This document shows positions 1 to 11,071 of a stretch of DNA of 22,436 nt, one piece after another. The translations under genes and the position numbers were made by a program. Positions within the stretch are counted from its first letter, which is position 1, and the number at the start of each line of letters is the position of its first letter. Source of the DNA: Ginkgo biloba (Eukaryota; Plantae; Ginkgophyta); assembly GCA_024626585.2 (NCBI GenBank), contig JANKJI020000002.1, forward strand, positions 63,319,469 to 63,341,904, written 5' to 3'. A model generated the notes under the pieces. The model saw nothing but the letters and a program-made list of their open reading frames with translations. It had not been told where the DNA came from and ran no database searches.

Positions 1-211
1 CTTGTGAATTGTGGATTAGAGTTGTGTATTCTTTATATGATTAGTAGCATTGAGTGTATACGCTACAGTTGCCCTATTCATGGAGTTATGGATAAGAATG
101 AGGTTGGAAGGCAATTGCAAGCTATTGGAGATGTGGAGGTCAATCAAACAAAGCAAAGCGACTCACCTTTTTGAATATTTTGTGTAGGTGATTCTAATTT
201 CTCTTTGTTGA

Positions 212-1009
212 CTTTTTTTCTTAATTGAAATTTGAAAAGGAAAAGGGCAATATGATTTAATTCCTTAATTAAATCACCAAAAGACATTTGGTTAAAGAAT
301 TAAGAATTCATTCCTTTCTTTCTTTTTGGTTAGTCCTTAGGATCACTTATCCCTATCTGCATATAACAGATGGTAGTGTAAATCTCTATGCAAACCTTAG
401 ATTTCAAATCTATTTTTTCATATAAATAAAATCTAATATCGGATTAGGTCCTTTTAGACTCTGGATACATCTCATTACATGAATCTTTGCCACGAATTTG
501 AGTCATGTGGGATATACCTCCCCTTTAACCCCAGTCGAACGCCTCTCAATTTTTGGTATGAACATTTGTCATTCGAAAAAGGATCTTCCTTATATTAGGA
601 GGAACCTCTTCCTTGTTTTTATGAGCATTTAGTGGGTTATTTACATCATTTTCTTCCTCTTCCTTTTTGATTGCATATCATACTAGGAAGCATAAATCTT
701 ACTCACTCACATTTCACCCACACACTTAGATTGATATTTTGATGTAATCTAGATCCTCTCTTGAAGATATAGTATACTACACTTTTTTGAGGATTTCATA
801 GCCTCTTGATCCCTTCAATGGGGATTTTCCTTATAAATGTCTCTCTCTAGGCAAACCTCTTATCTACCCCTTTATCCAAGAAGAAAGGAACCTAGTCCTA
901 TATTCATCTTGCATGCATTAAATTGATAAAGTGAAAAGGGTGGGACCTTGCATTTATTTTTATTACACCATGCATATTATTAAGGGTTCAACTAAATTTT
1001 TAGTATTTA
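212..1009. repeat. Copy 1 of a ~0.8 kb diverged direct repeat (probably LTR/UTR of a retrotransposon)
   Basis: Collinear with 1110-1915. Shared blocks include ttaattaaatcaccaaaaga, taggaggaacct, catatcatactaggaag and atctagatcctctctt. One hand-aligned 60-nt block (721-780 vs 1628-1687) matched 46/60. Ends at a gap. Confidence 0.9.
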
Positions 1010-1109
1010 NNNNNNNNNNNNNNNNNNNNNNNNNNNNNNNNNNNNNNNNNNNNNNNNNNNNNNNNNNNNNNNNNNNNNNNNNNNNNNNNNNNNNNNNNNN
1101 NNNNNNNNN

Positions 1110-1915
1110 TTTTATCTCAATTTAGATTTGAAAAGAAAAATGGGTAATTTGAATTAGTTCTTTAATTAAATCACCAAAAGAAACTTGGTTAAGGAATTAA
1201 GATCTTCTTTTCTTTCTTTCTTTCTAGTTAGTTTTTAGGATCATTCATCCCTATCTTCATATAGAAGTTGAGGGACATCAATCTCATGCCAAACCTTGGA
1301 GATAAAATCTATTTTTTCATATAAATCATATTTGATAACTGATTAGGTCATTTTAAACTTGTGGATACATCCCATCACATGAATATTTTTCACTAATTCA
1401 AATTGCATGGGGCGCAAGTCCCCTCTAAACCTAGTCGGGAACCTCTTAATTACTAGTACAAATATTTATCACTATAAAGGGGATCTTCCTCACACTAGGA
1501 GGAACCTATTCCTTATTTTCATATAGATTTAGTGGGTGGGGGGTTACTTATATCATTTTCTTTTTCTTTCTTTATGATTACATATCATACTAGGAAGTAT
1601 AAAGTTTATTCACTTGCATTTCACCCACACACTTGGATCGATTTTCTGATATCATCTAGATCCTCTCTTAAAGGTCTTATCCACTATGCTCATTTGAGGA
1701 TTCCATACTATCTCATGCCCTTAGGTGGGGGTTTATCCTATAAATCCCCCTCTTTAGGAATATCTCTTATCTTCCTCGTTATTAAATAAGGAAGGAACCT
1801 AGTTATGCATTCATCTTACATATATTAAATTAGGAAAGTGAAAAAGGTCGTAGATTGCACTAGTTTTTCTTACATCATGCATATTGTTGAGGGTTTAGGT
1901 GCATTTTTAGTATTA
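1110..1915. repeat. Copy 2 of the ~0.8 kb diverged direct repeat
   Basis: Collinear with 212-1009. Both copies keep a TATA-like tataaat at the same position (832-838 and 1739-1745), followed by a pyrimidine-rich tract. Confidence 0.9.
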
Positions 1916-2199
1916 ACATGGAATATCATATGATTGGTTTACTTATGTTCATAGTGTACATGTTTGTTTCTAGAAACACACACTATAACTAGTTATGAAT
2001 TTATATCTTACTCAAGTTTCTAGCATAAACACACACACCTTCATGGGCACACATGATTAAACAAAAACTTATCATGTGCATATGTGCACTAAGGGACAAA
2101 CCTATGCATCCTACCTTCTAGGTTGTTCATCTTGTGATTGAGTTGAGAAGGAACAATCTACTCCTTAGCATACATGTAGCTAATCTATTACCTTAAGCT

Positions 2200-3700
2200 T
2201 TTAGAATCCCACTATAATTCATAAATATTTAAATAACACATCTTCAATAATGATTTCAGCTTTTGCTTCTTATAATAGAGAGTATTTTAGTTCATCATCT
2301 AATACTATTATCATAATTTTTTTTGGATTAAATTTTCCACTAGGTGCTATAGAGAAAATATTAATAGCTTGTTTTTAGACTTCTAATTGAGTGTCTAAGG
2401 ATTCACCAACAAGAATTAAGTCATCTACATAATTTAGTTTGTATATATTATTCGTTGATAATTTTGAATCTTGTTATAATGCAGGATTTATGTAATGTTT
2501 GTAATTATGAAGATAAAGTATTAACCATTATGATGAAGAGGTATGGTGACAAGAGACATCCTTGTTGTAAACCTCTTGCATAAAATATTTTGGATTTTCT
2601 CCATCAATGAGGATAACAAAGTTATAATCCATATTATTTTCTTTTATATTATTCCTTTTTATTTGAGCACCATGAATAAGAAATACCATTGCATACTATC
2701 ATAGGATTTTTCCATATCCACTTTAATTAATATTAGCCTTCTTTTCTTAGTTCTTATTGTATGAATTTATTTTGTAATCACATTTCTATTATCCAATCTT
2801 TCAACCCTTAATAAATGTATTTTAATTCAATAAAATCATATTTGGAAGGATAGGTACCATACCATATGCTACAATCCCATATGATACTAATTCGGTCAAG
2901 ATTATGTATGAAACATTATATGGACTAGTCCTCCAATATTAAATGTCTCTAGAAATATTTTCTTTCTCACTAGTATCCCATAATGGCATTAATTACCATA
3001 TGCAATGCATGAGCTATTTGTAGTTCCTTTCTTTTTCCATCACCTTGTATACCTAGTTTGGTAATCCATCTAGACTAGAGTTTTGACAAATTATAGAATT
3101 TTGATCACATATTCTAGTTCCTCATTTAAAGGGGCTTCATCTAGTACTATATTAGTTTGAACATGTCTAAATCATCCATCCTTAATAAGGCATATATCAT
3201 GATTTTTTGTTCCCAAGGGATTTTAGTTTTAAATGTAATATATTTCCATAGGGCTAAGAAATAATTCATTGCTTCCTTTTTTATATCATTTGGATCCACC
3301 AGAAGTTCTCCATCCTTATGCAAAATGCCCTTTTTCCTTTCACTACACTATTGAAGAAGGTAGTATTTCTATCACCTTCCAAATTCCATCTTACCTTGGC
3401 CCAAGTTATGTATTTCTCTCCCTTTTGTTGATTAAGTTAATCTAATGCAATGGAATATTCTCTTGACTTGTAAGTGAGACATATTTTTCTATTATCTCCT
3501 AATATTGATTCTAATAACTCTTTATTTTTTCTCTCCAAATATCTCACCTTGCCATTCTATTGATTGAATTTCCAATGTGAATTTTCTTTTACCTTTTTCT
3601 TTAATGTTTTCATTATTATAATCCATCTTTCATTAGGTGTTAATTCTATCTATAGAACCTATGATATTTGGCCCCACCATTTTTTAAGTTTGTTGTCATA
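2200..3700 (-). pseudogene. Degenerate non-LTR retrotransposon (L1-type LINE) ORF2, reverse transcriptase region
   Basis: Minus-strand motifs in canonical order: WNLEGDRNT (3362-3388), a decayed KAPGPDG-like SLDGLP (~3060-3080), IKVDMEKSYDSMQW (2686-2727), RGLQQGCLLSPYLFII (~2529-2576), YVDDLILVG (YVDD 2420-2431) and FKYL (~2222-2233). Many stops and frameshifts. Confidence 0.9.
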
Positions 3701-3884
3701 CTCTAATTTCTTCAATAAAGAGACATTAAATTTATATAAAATTTTTCCATGACTTATTTGAACTTGTTATTGTGAGTTGGAAGATAATGAGAACATGATC
3801 CATGTGATATCTTTCTTCTACTCTATTATACATATGCCTTGTTGTTTTATTCCTTAACTTTAGTGGAACATATACTTTATCTAA

Positions 3885-3999
3885 TTATTCTCATTTACAT
3901 TCAAAATTTGACTTCAAAACTTTATATATCCCTTCAAATCATAGAAAACATGAGGAAGGATATAACAGATTATATCCAAACTTGTGAACAATGCCAAGT
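3885..3999 (+). pseudogene. Ty3/Gypsy integrase N-terminal zinc-binding (HHCC) fragment
   Basis: MRKDITDYIQTCEQCQ (3950-3997) matches the Gypsy MKKDIxxYVxxCxxCQ motif. Runs into a 600-N gap. Confidence 0.75.
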
Positions 4000-5134
4000 N
4001 NNNNNNNNNNNNNNNNNNNNNNNNNNNNNNNNNNNNNNNNNNNNNNNNNNNNNNNNNNNNNNNNNNNNNNNNNNNNNNNNNNNNNNNNNNNNNNNNNNNN
4101 NNNNNNNNNNNNNNNNNNNNNNNNNNNNNNNNNNNNNNNNNNNNNNNNNNNNNNNNNNNNNNNNNNNNNNNNNNNNNNNNNNNNNNNNNNNNNNNNNNNN
4201 NNNNNNNNNNNNNNNNNNNNNNNNNNNNNNNNNNNNNNNNNNNNNNNNNNNNNNNNNNNNNNNNNNNNNNNNNNNNNNNNNNNNNNNNNNNNNNNNNNNN
4301 NNNNNNNNNNNNNNNNNNNNNNNNNNNNNNNNNNNNNNNNNNNNNNNNNNNNNNNNNNNNNNNNNNNNNNNNNNNNNNNNNNNNNNNNNNNNNNNNNNNN
4401 NNNNNNNNNNNNNNNNNNNNNNNNNNNNNNNNNNNNNNNNNNNNNNNNNNNNNNNNNNNNNNNNNNNNNNNNNNNNNNNNNNNNNNNNNNNNNNNNNNNN
4501 NNNNNNNNNNNNNNNNNNNNNNNNNNNNNNNNNNNNNNNNNNNNNNNNNNNNNNNNNNNNNNNNNNNNNNNNNNNNNNNNNNNNNNNNNNNNNNNNNNNT
4601 GGCTTCATTATTTTTTTCCTTGCACAACTTAACTTTTGATTTGATCCCTTCTTTTATTTGTAATATCCATCAATAGTCTATTTGATTCTTAAGTAATATC
4701 TTGTATTTATTGATATTCATCTAATATTTGGGCTAAATAATATTTCCCTTATCTCCCAACCTCATGTTGGGAGATACTTTTATTTTAAGTGTAAGGATGT
4801 TCTCACTCTTCTTTTTCTTAGCATTATATTTTTTTCTAGCCTTGTTGACGTTGTTACTAATTGTTCCTTTAATTTACCATTCTATTGAGTATATTTTTTC
4901 TTTTAATGTCCCAAAATCTCCCCATTTATATTTATACATTAATGATTTTTCTATCTTGAGTATTATATTGGGGTTCTCATCTTCTTCCTTTTTATCATCA
5001 TTCCTCCCTTTAGATATTGGTCATTTATTCTATTGATTGCACCTCCTAGTGCAGTCTATTGAATTCCTTCCATTTGTGTTCTCTACAAGTAACAACTTGG
5101 AAAACTTCTAGATATGTATACAATGTTATGACAT

Positions 5135-5920
5135 GAACCAATTAGATTCATTATGAAGATACTTTCAAAACAACATTTCATACAAACAAAGGGCATTATG
5201 AATTCAAAGTAGTGGCATTTCAACTAACAAATTCTCCAACAACTTTTCAAGCTATAATGAATAAGATCCTCACACCATTATTATAAGAAAATGTATTAGT
5301 TTTCATCAATGATATCCACATATATAGTAACTAATGGAAAGAGCACCTACTTTATATTTATAAAATATTATCTATTTTTCAAGAATGTTAAATCTATGCC
5401 AAAATATCAAAATTTAGTTTTAGAAAAAGGGTGATAAAATATATAGGCCATCCTATAGAAGGTGTCAAGTCAACCCCACAAAAATTAAATCTATTAAAAC
5501 ATGGCAAAGGTTAATAAATATCACTAAATTAAGATGGTTCCTTGGTTTAACATGATAGTATTAGAGGTTCATTTATAACTACTCTCGAATCATTTCACCT
5601 CTTAATGACCTCCTAAAGAAAGAAGCATTCCATTTGAACTCTCAAGGAGAAGAATGATTCTAGAAACTGAAGAAGATGATGACCAACATTCTAGTTCTAG
5701 TAACCATTTTTTTTAAAACCCTTCATTCTTGAGTGTGATGCATTTAGATTAGTAATAAGAGTTGAACTCATGTAGGATAGTGGACCAATTGCATTTGAAA
5801 GTAGAAATTTAAAAGGAAAAGAAGTATTAAGATTAGCATATGATAAGAAAATGTTTTCTATTAGTCACACTCTAATGGAGATAGTATCTTCTAGAAAGCA
5901 AAGTCACTACCATTCTAACA
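5135..5920 (+). pseudogene. Degenerate Ty3/Gypsy (chromovirus, Reina-like) reverse transcriptase-RNase H
   Basis: EDTFKTTFHTNKGHYEFKVVAFQLTNSPTTFQAIMN...VLVFINDIHIYS (decayed FFDD), KLRWFLGLT, PLNDLLKKEAF, KPFILECDA, PIAFESRNL, YDKKM, WR*YLL. Confidence 0.92.
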
Positions 5921-5931
5921 ATATTATTCTA

Positions 5932-6138
5932 TGTTAACTTATCTTAAGATCTTCTAAGTTATTTTGTCTTAGATATCTCTTCCTGCCTTATGACTACTTC
6001 ACTAATCTATTCAGTTAAGAGTGTAGTTATCTCTTATAGTCTAACTCCTCTACTATTTATAGATAGATGAAATGTATATCTCGCTTTAAGATTGATTCTT
6101 TAAATATTCCCTATGCTTTAAGTATCAAGTCAGAGTTC
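5932..6138 (-). repeat. Possible LTR remnant
   Basis: Non-coding sequence that starts with TG just after the + strand RNase H homology stops. Contains a minus-strand TATA box CTATAAATA (6054-6062). No second copy or PPT is visible to confirm it. Confidence 0.3.
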
Positions 6139-6609
6139 NNNNNNNNNNNNNNNNNNNNNNNNNNNNNNNNNNNNNNNNNNNNNNNNNNNNNNNNNNNNNN
6201 NNNNNNNNNNNNNNNNNNNNNNNNNNNNNNNNNNNNNNNNNNNNNNNNNNNNNNNNNNNNNNNNNNNNNNNNNNNNNNNNNNNNNNNNNNNNNNNNNNNN
6301 NNNNNNNNNNNNNNNNNNNNNNNNNNNNNNNNNNNNNNNNNNNNNNNNNNNNNNNNNNNNNNNNNNNNNNNNNNNNNNNNNNNNNNNNNNNNNNNNNNNN
6401 NNNNNNNNNNNNNNNNNNNNNNNNNNNNNNNNNNNNNNNNNNNNNNNNNNNNNNNNNNNNNNNNNNNNNNNNNNNNNNNNNNNNNNNNNNNNNNNNNNNN
6501 NNNNNNNNNNNNNNNNNNNNNNNNNNNNNNNNNNNNNNNNNNNNNNNNNNNNNNNNNNNNNNNNNNNNNNNNNNNNNNNNNNNNNNNNNNNNNNNNNNNN
6601 NNNNNNNNN

Positions 6610-9470
6610 AGATTAGATGTGATCTCAGAGGTATTTTAAGTGATCCATTTTGATATCAATCGAATGAGCAAGATCAAAGGTTTCCCATTTTAACTATGAA
6701 GGTTTCACCAATAGTGCCTAAATGTCATTATTTATAATGGGAGTTACTCTTTGGAGCATTCATCTTAGTTGATCCAAGCCTTCTAGAATCTATGTCTTCA
6801 GATCCTATAGAATGTACCATTGGGGACCCTCATCAAGAATGAGGATCGCATTTTATTTATGAAGTTAGTACCTATCCTAATGTATGAGTGTGGATTTATC
6901 CCCTCCCATACATATTGTTATACATCAATCAAACTCATTGGTATTCATATCTAATTTTAAAGTTTGGTCATTGAGGCCATCCAGTCGATTAAGGATATAT
7001 TCTTCTTTTATGATGGCCTCTAGTGTCTCTGGTATATTTCTAACTTGATTCAAATTTATCTATTTTGTGTCTTATACGTGATGAATAGTTTCCCTATGAT
7101 TCTATTGGGATATTTCCATCCATGTAATAAGGTGACCTTAGAGTTCTAAAATCTCTCAGGACACTTATTTCAATTACATATAATTATTTCCAGCCTCAAT
7201 ATGAGACTCCTAGAGATCAATGTTCATGTCCACAATGTATTCCCTTACTGTGTGTACCTCTTGTTTAACACATAGTTTATTTAGGTGGTGTTCAACTTCC
7301 TCATATCTAGTAAGGGATGTGGTTTCTTCTATTGACTCCTGGTCATGATATATGTAGAGAATCGCTTGATGATAGCGCTTGAGAGTTTGTTTCATCTCTC
7401 GAGTTTGGAGTTTATAATTGTCCAACCGTTGGTTGATAAATTTTGTAATTCCCACATCCATTTTCTTGATGCCTTAGAGCATTATGTTAGTTATATCCAC
7501 ATTCATATCTTATGTGTCTAAATCTTCCAACACAGGTTCCTTTGCCTTCTATTGGTTACACTACATAGGCACTACTATTTTTAGCTTTTAGCCCCATTTC
7601 AAACTAAATTTAACATGAAATTTAGTTTTTAATGGATGGAATTGGATCAAAGGATATGGCTCTACTAGTGGTGCTAATTATAGGGGTATGCATTGTAATG
7701 GTTCTATAGATAGGAACATTACAGGTTCAACCGATCANNNNNNNNNNNNNNNNCGATTAGTGACTCTACATTAGGGTGTGCAAATCTTCTTGAGCTATAC
7801 CCATTGGTGCTTGGTCATTGCAAGGAGGTGGGTCATCCAAGTGAGGAGTTAAAGGATATTATCCCTCCAAGGGTGTGCTCTATTGTTGTGGTACTATTTA
7901 AATTTTTCTTTTTGGTGAAAATTCTTATTTTTCTTGCTTCTCTTACTCCCATTCCTCGGTATTAATATGATCAAGGTTGCTCAATATTTTGAGAAAGATA
8001 GAAGGCTTCCATCCATCCTTATCACTTAAGGAGGAAATTTTTGCTAGCTACCTCTTATTTAACTCCTTAGGCCTTTCTATGGGAGTCTTGGTGGAAGGAT
8101 GCACAAATCTCTTCCTCTTAGATACCAAACCTTCCCTGAGATTGAATATTTTTTGGGTCGATTACTATGACACTCCTTCAATACCAAAAGTTTCCTATTC
8201 TTTAAACTCTGAGGAGGATATACGATCCTCCTTGTCATCTTTTTCCAAGTCAAATAATTTAGGATTTTTTGATTCATGGGTAGATTCTTCTAGTAGAATC
8301 TATCTTGTACGTTTGCATATATAGTGTTTGGAAGATACTATGACATCCTGGTGTGACCTTATCTAGTCAAAGGCCAAGGAATAAATGCATCCTCTACTTC
8401 ATCTAGTAAATAGGGGTGGTACACATGTGACCATCCTAAAGGTTGGTAAAATATTCTAAGGGATTTCTTTGGATCATACATCTTTTTGGTGGCGAGGACC
8501 TCCTANNNNNNNNNNNNNNATCATTAAAATTATATGACTTCTTAGTGAAGTCTTCATAAGAGTTATAGGTGATCCCAATCCCTACAATTTTTAGTCCTTT
8601 GCCTAACATATTGCATGGTATTTTCTTTTCTTTCTCTAAAAATTGGGAAGGTCATACATAATCAATTGTCTGTGAATCTCATCATATATATATGATGGAA
8701 AAACATGCTTGGGGAGTTTTTGGAATGGTCTGGGAAAGCCATAGAATTTTAGGANNNNNNNNNNNNNNNNNNNNNNNNNNNNNNNNNNNNNNNNNNNNNN
8801 NNNNNNNNNNNNNNNNNNNNNNNATATTTTTGGATTACTCGTATGACAACTTTCCCCTAGATCCTCTTGAATAATTATGAAACTTCCTTGTAAATATTTT
8901 TTATCTATAAGTTGCTCAAACTACCTTTCTTTTTCATGCAATGACTAAAGAAGAATTTTTTGAGGTAGTAATCCTTTATCTATCTTTCCTTGTTCTTTAC
9001 AAATAATCCCATGGGTATAAGATAAGTCAATAGGGTCATTATTAGTTAGCATGGAAAAATAATCTTGGATGACCAACCATTTTGATATGATGTTGGCCAT
9101 CACTTGGTGAGAAAAATAAGCAATAGAAGTGTACATTTTATCATACTATATGGTATTATAGATGATCCTCATCCATTTGATTAATATTCAAGGTTCTTGT
9201 GAGTCCGAGGATACCTATGGATAATGGTCTATATGTACTATATATGACCATGTCTAGGTCTTCTTTAACCATCAATTTTTTATTGACAATGGTTAGGGCC
9301 TCCTGTAGTACATTGAGGGCAATATTCGTCTTGTTATTTTCAAACTAATATTGTTCTTGGTCTAAGTTGAGAGAGTCTCCAACAGTAGGGATCCTGAATA
9401 ACCATTCAACTAGGTCTACATCAAATTTGGAAAACCTAAATTTAATATAGAACCATCAGGCTCCATAACA
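6610..9470 (-). pseudogene. Decayed long ORF of unknown function, candidate retrotransposon accessory ORF
   Basis: Successive protein-like minus-strand segments: LIKWMRIIYN...IAYFSHQVMANII (~9085-9182), LKFYGFPRPFQKLPKHVFPSYIYDEIHRQLIMYDLPNF (~8639-8752), KMYDPKK (~8465-8485), a charged low-complexity middle, and a helical-looking 83-aa frame (7210-7461). No gag or pol motif recognised. Interrupted by three short gaps. Confidence 0.5.
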
Positions 9471-9662
9471 TAAATGATTTCCTTACCTAGGTTAGTGTGG
9501 TGCGCTAGCCTGGGGACTAGAATTATCTTATAAGATCGAGTCTTAGTTATGACTCATTGTAGNNNNNNNNNNNNNNNNNNNNNNNNNNNNNNNNNNNNNN
9601 NNNNNNNNNNNNNNNNNNNNNNNNNNNNNNNNNNNNNNNNNNNNNNNNNNNNNNNNNNNNNN

Positions 9663-11071
9663 TTTGCACTAAGTAAATCATTCCTAGCACTTTGCACTCG
9701 GTTGTGGTGTAATTCCTTTCGGTCTTACTCAACTTCTTGCTTGCATAATAGATGGGATGGTCAATCTTGCCAGCCCCTGGCTGTGCCAAGATTGCTCCAA
9801 TTGCTGTTGTGGAGGCGTCTATGTGAACATGAAACTTTATAATCCATTTACAAAATTGCAGAATCAGTGCTTTTGCAAATCTTGTCTTTAGGAGTTCAAA
9901 TGATTCTTGACAACCTAACGTCCAGGAAAAAGGGTTATCTTTCTTTAATAATTTCTCCATTGGACATGCGATCTTCGCATATCCTTTTGCGAGTTTTCAG
10001 TAATAACCAGTATGACCCAAGAAGATCTTAATCTAGGAGGGATTAGTTGGAGTTGAATACTCCAAGACTACTTGTACTTTCGTTGGATCCACCATCACGC
10101 CCTCCTTACAAACAACGTGTACTAACAGTTTCCTAAACGGGGTCAACATCTGGCATTTAGTTGAATTAAGGGAGATTCTTGAGCATCTTTGCAGCATGGT
10201 GCATAAGTGCGCAATATGAACTGTGATGAACCCAAAGATAGACTAGTCGTCCAAATAAATTTCAAGGAAATTATGAATAAATTCTTTAAAGAGTTGTGTA
10301 ATTATTTATGATAAATCTACAAGCTCATTGGTTTAACCAAAAGGAATGAATTGATACATGAATCACTCTGTAATGAATGTGGTATTTAGTTGATCATTCA
10401 AATGAATTTGAATTTGGTTATAACATGAGAAGTCATTAGTGAAGGAGTATATCTCTCTTCCATCCGCACTATCTAGCACTTATTATATGAAGGGTGTCGG
10501 GAATGGATCTCTTTTTATGACACTATTCATCTTTTAGTAATCCATGCATATGCACAACTTTTCTTTATTCTTCTTGGTGATTGTAATGAGTGAAACCCAT
10601 TCTCTTTGTTCTATTGGATAGATACATCCAACTTTGAGTAGCTTTTCAATATCCTCTTTCATTGTATTTTTGTACTTGGGGTTCATATGTTAAGGGAGGT
10701 TTCCTTATTGGTTTTATACCATCTTCTAACTCGATTTGGAGATACCCCAACTTATGAGGAATACCATTTAGGTCCTTATATATCCATGAAAATATGTTAG
10801 ATTATTCTTAGAAGAGATCATGCACCAAGGTGACCATACCTTCATCCCAATAGTTGCCAATATCGATCGTTCTCCTTAGATCCTTTGCATCTAGGTGTAG
10901 AATCTTTATTTTATAAGGTTGATAGTATAGAAAGATCAAATCGTTAATTGGTTTTACTTTAGATACTTCCTGTATCTTGATTGTCTCTTGTAGGACATCA
11001 TCAATAAGTGTTACTATTGTCTTGTCATGTGGCACTTAGGCTAGGAGATATATTTTAAGTTAAAAATCTTC
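9663..11071 (-). pseudogene. Degenerate Ty3/Gypsy (non-chromovirus) pol: RT and RNase H
   Basis: IGNYWDE (pre-RT), IEKLLKVGCIYPIEQREWVS, KLCICMDY, DPFPTPFI, YSFTNDFSCYNQIQI, IPFG, FLEIYLDD (YLDD 10246-10257), RNase H FHVHIDASTTAIGAILAQPG..IDHPIYYASKKLS..ERNYTTTE. Confidence 0.95.

Noticed and set aside
1532-1789. 85-aa + strand ORF as a small gene
   Set aside because: It lies inside repeat copy 2, and the homologous copy 1 has stops at equivalent positions. No motif.
3914-4676. Long ORFs in the track (also 931-1125, 6067-6639, 11662-12345, 13948-14142, 19048-19488)
   Set aside because: They are long only because N runs contain no stop codons.
4764-5036. Hydrophobic 90-aa ORF as a membrane protein or env
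   Set aside because: F/L/S/I richness is the expected shadow of T-rich DNA antisense to a purine-rich strand. The same applies to 3564-3752, 7977-8324 and 19603-19803.
3885-5920. Ty1/Copia element suggested by the INT-before-RT order
   Set aside because: Both fragments have Gypsy-type motifs. No Copia GKGY, LYGLKQ or ADIFTK-type signature was seen.
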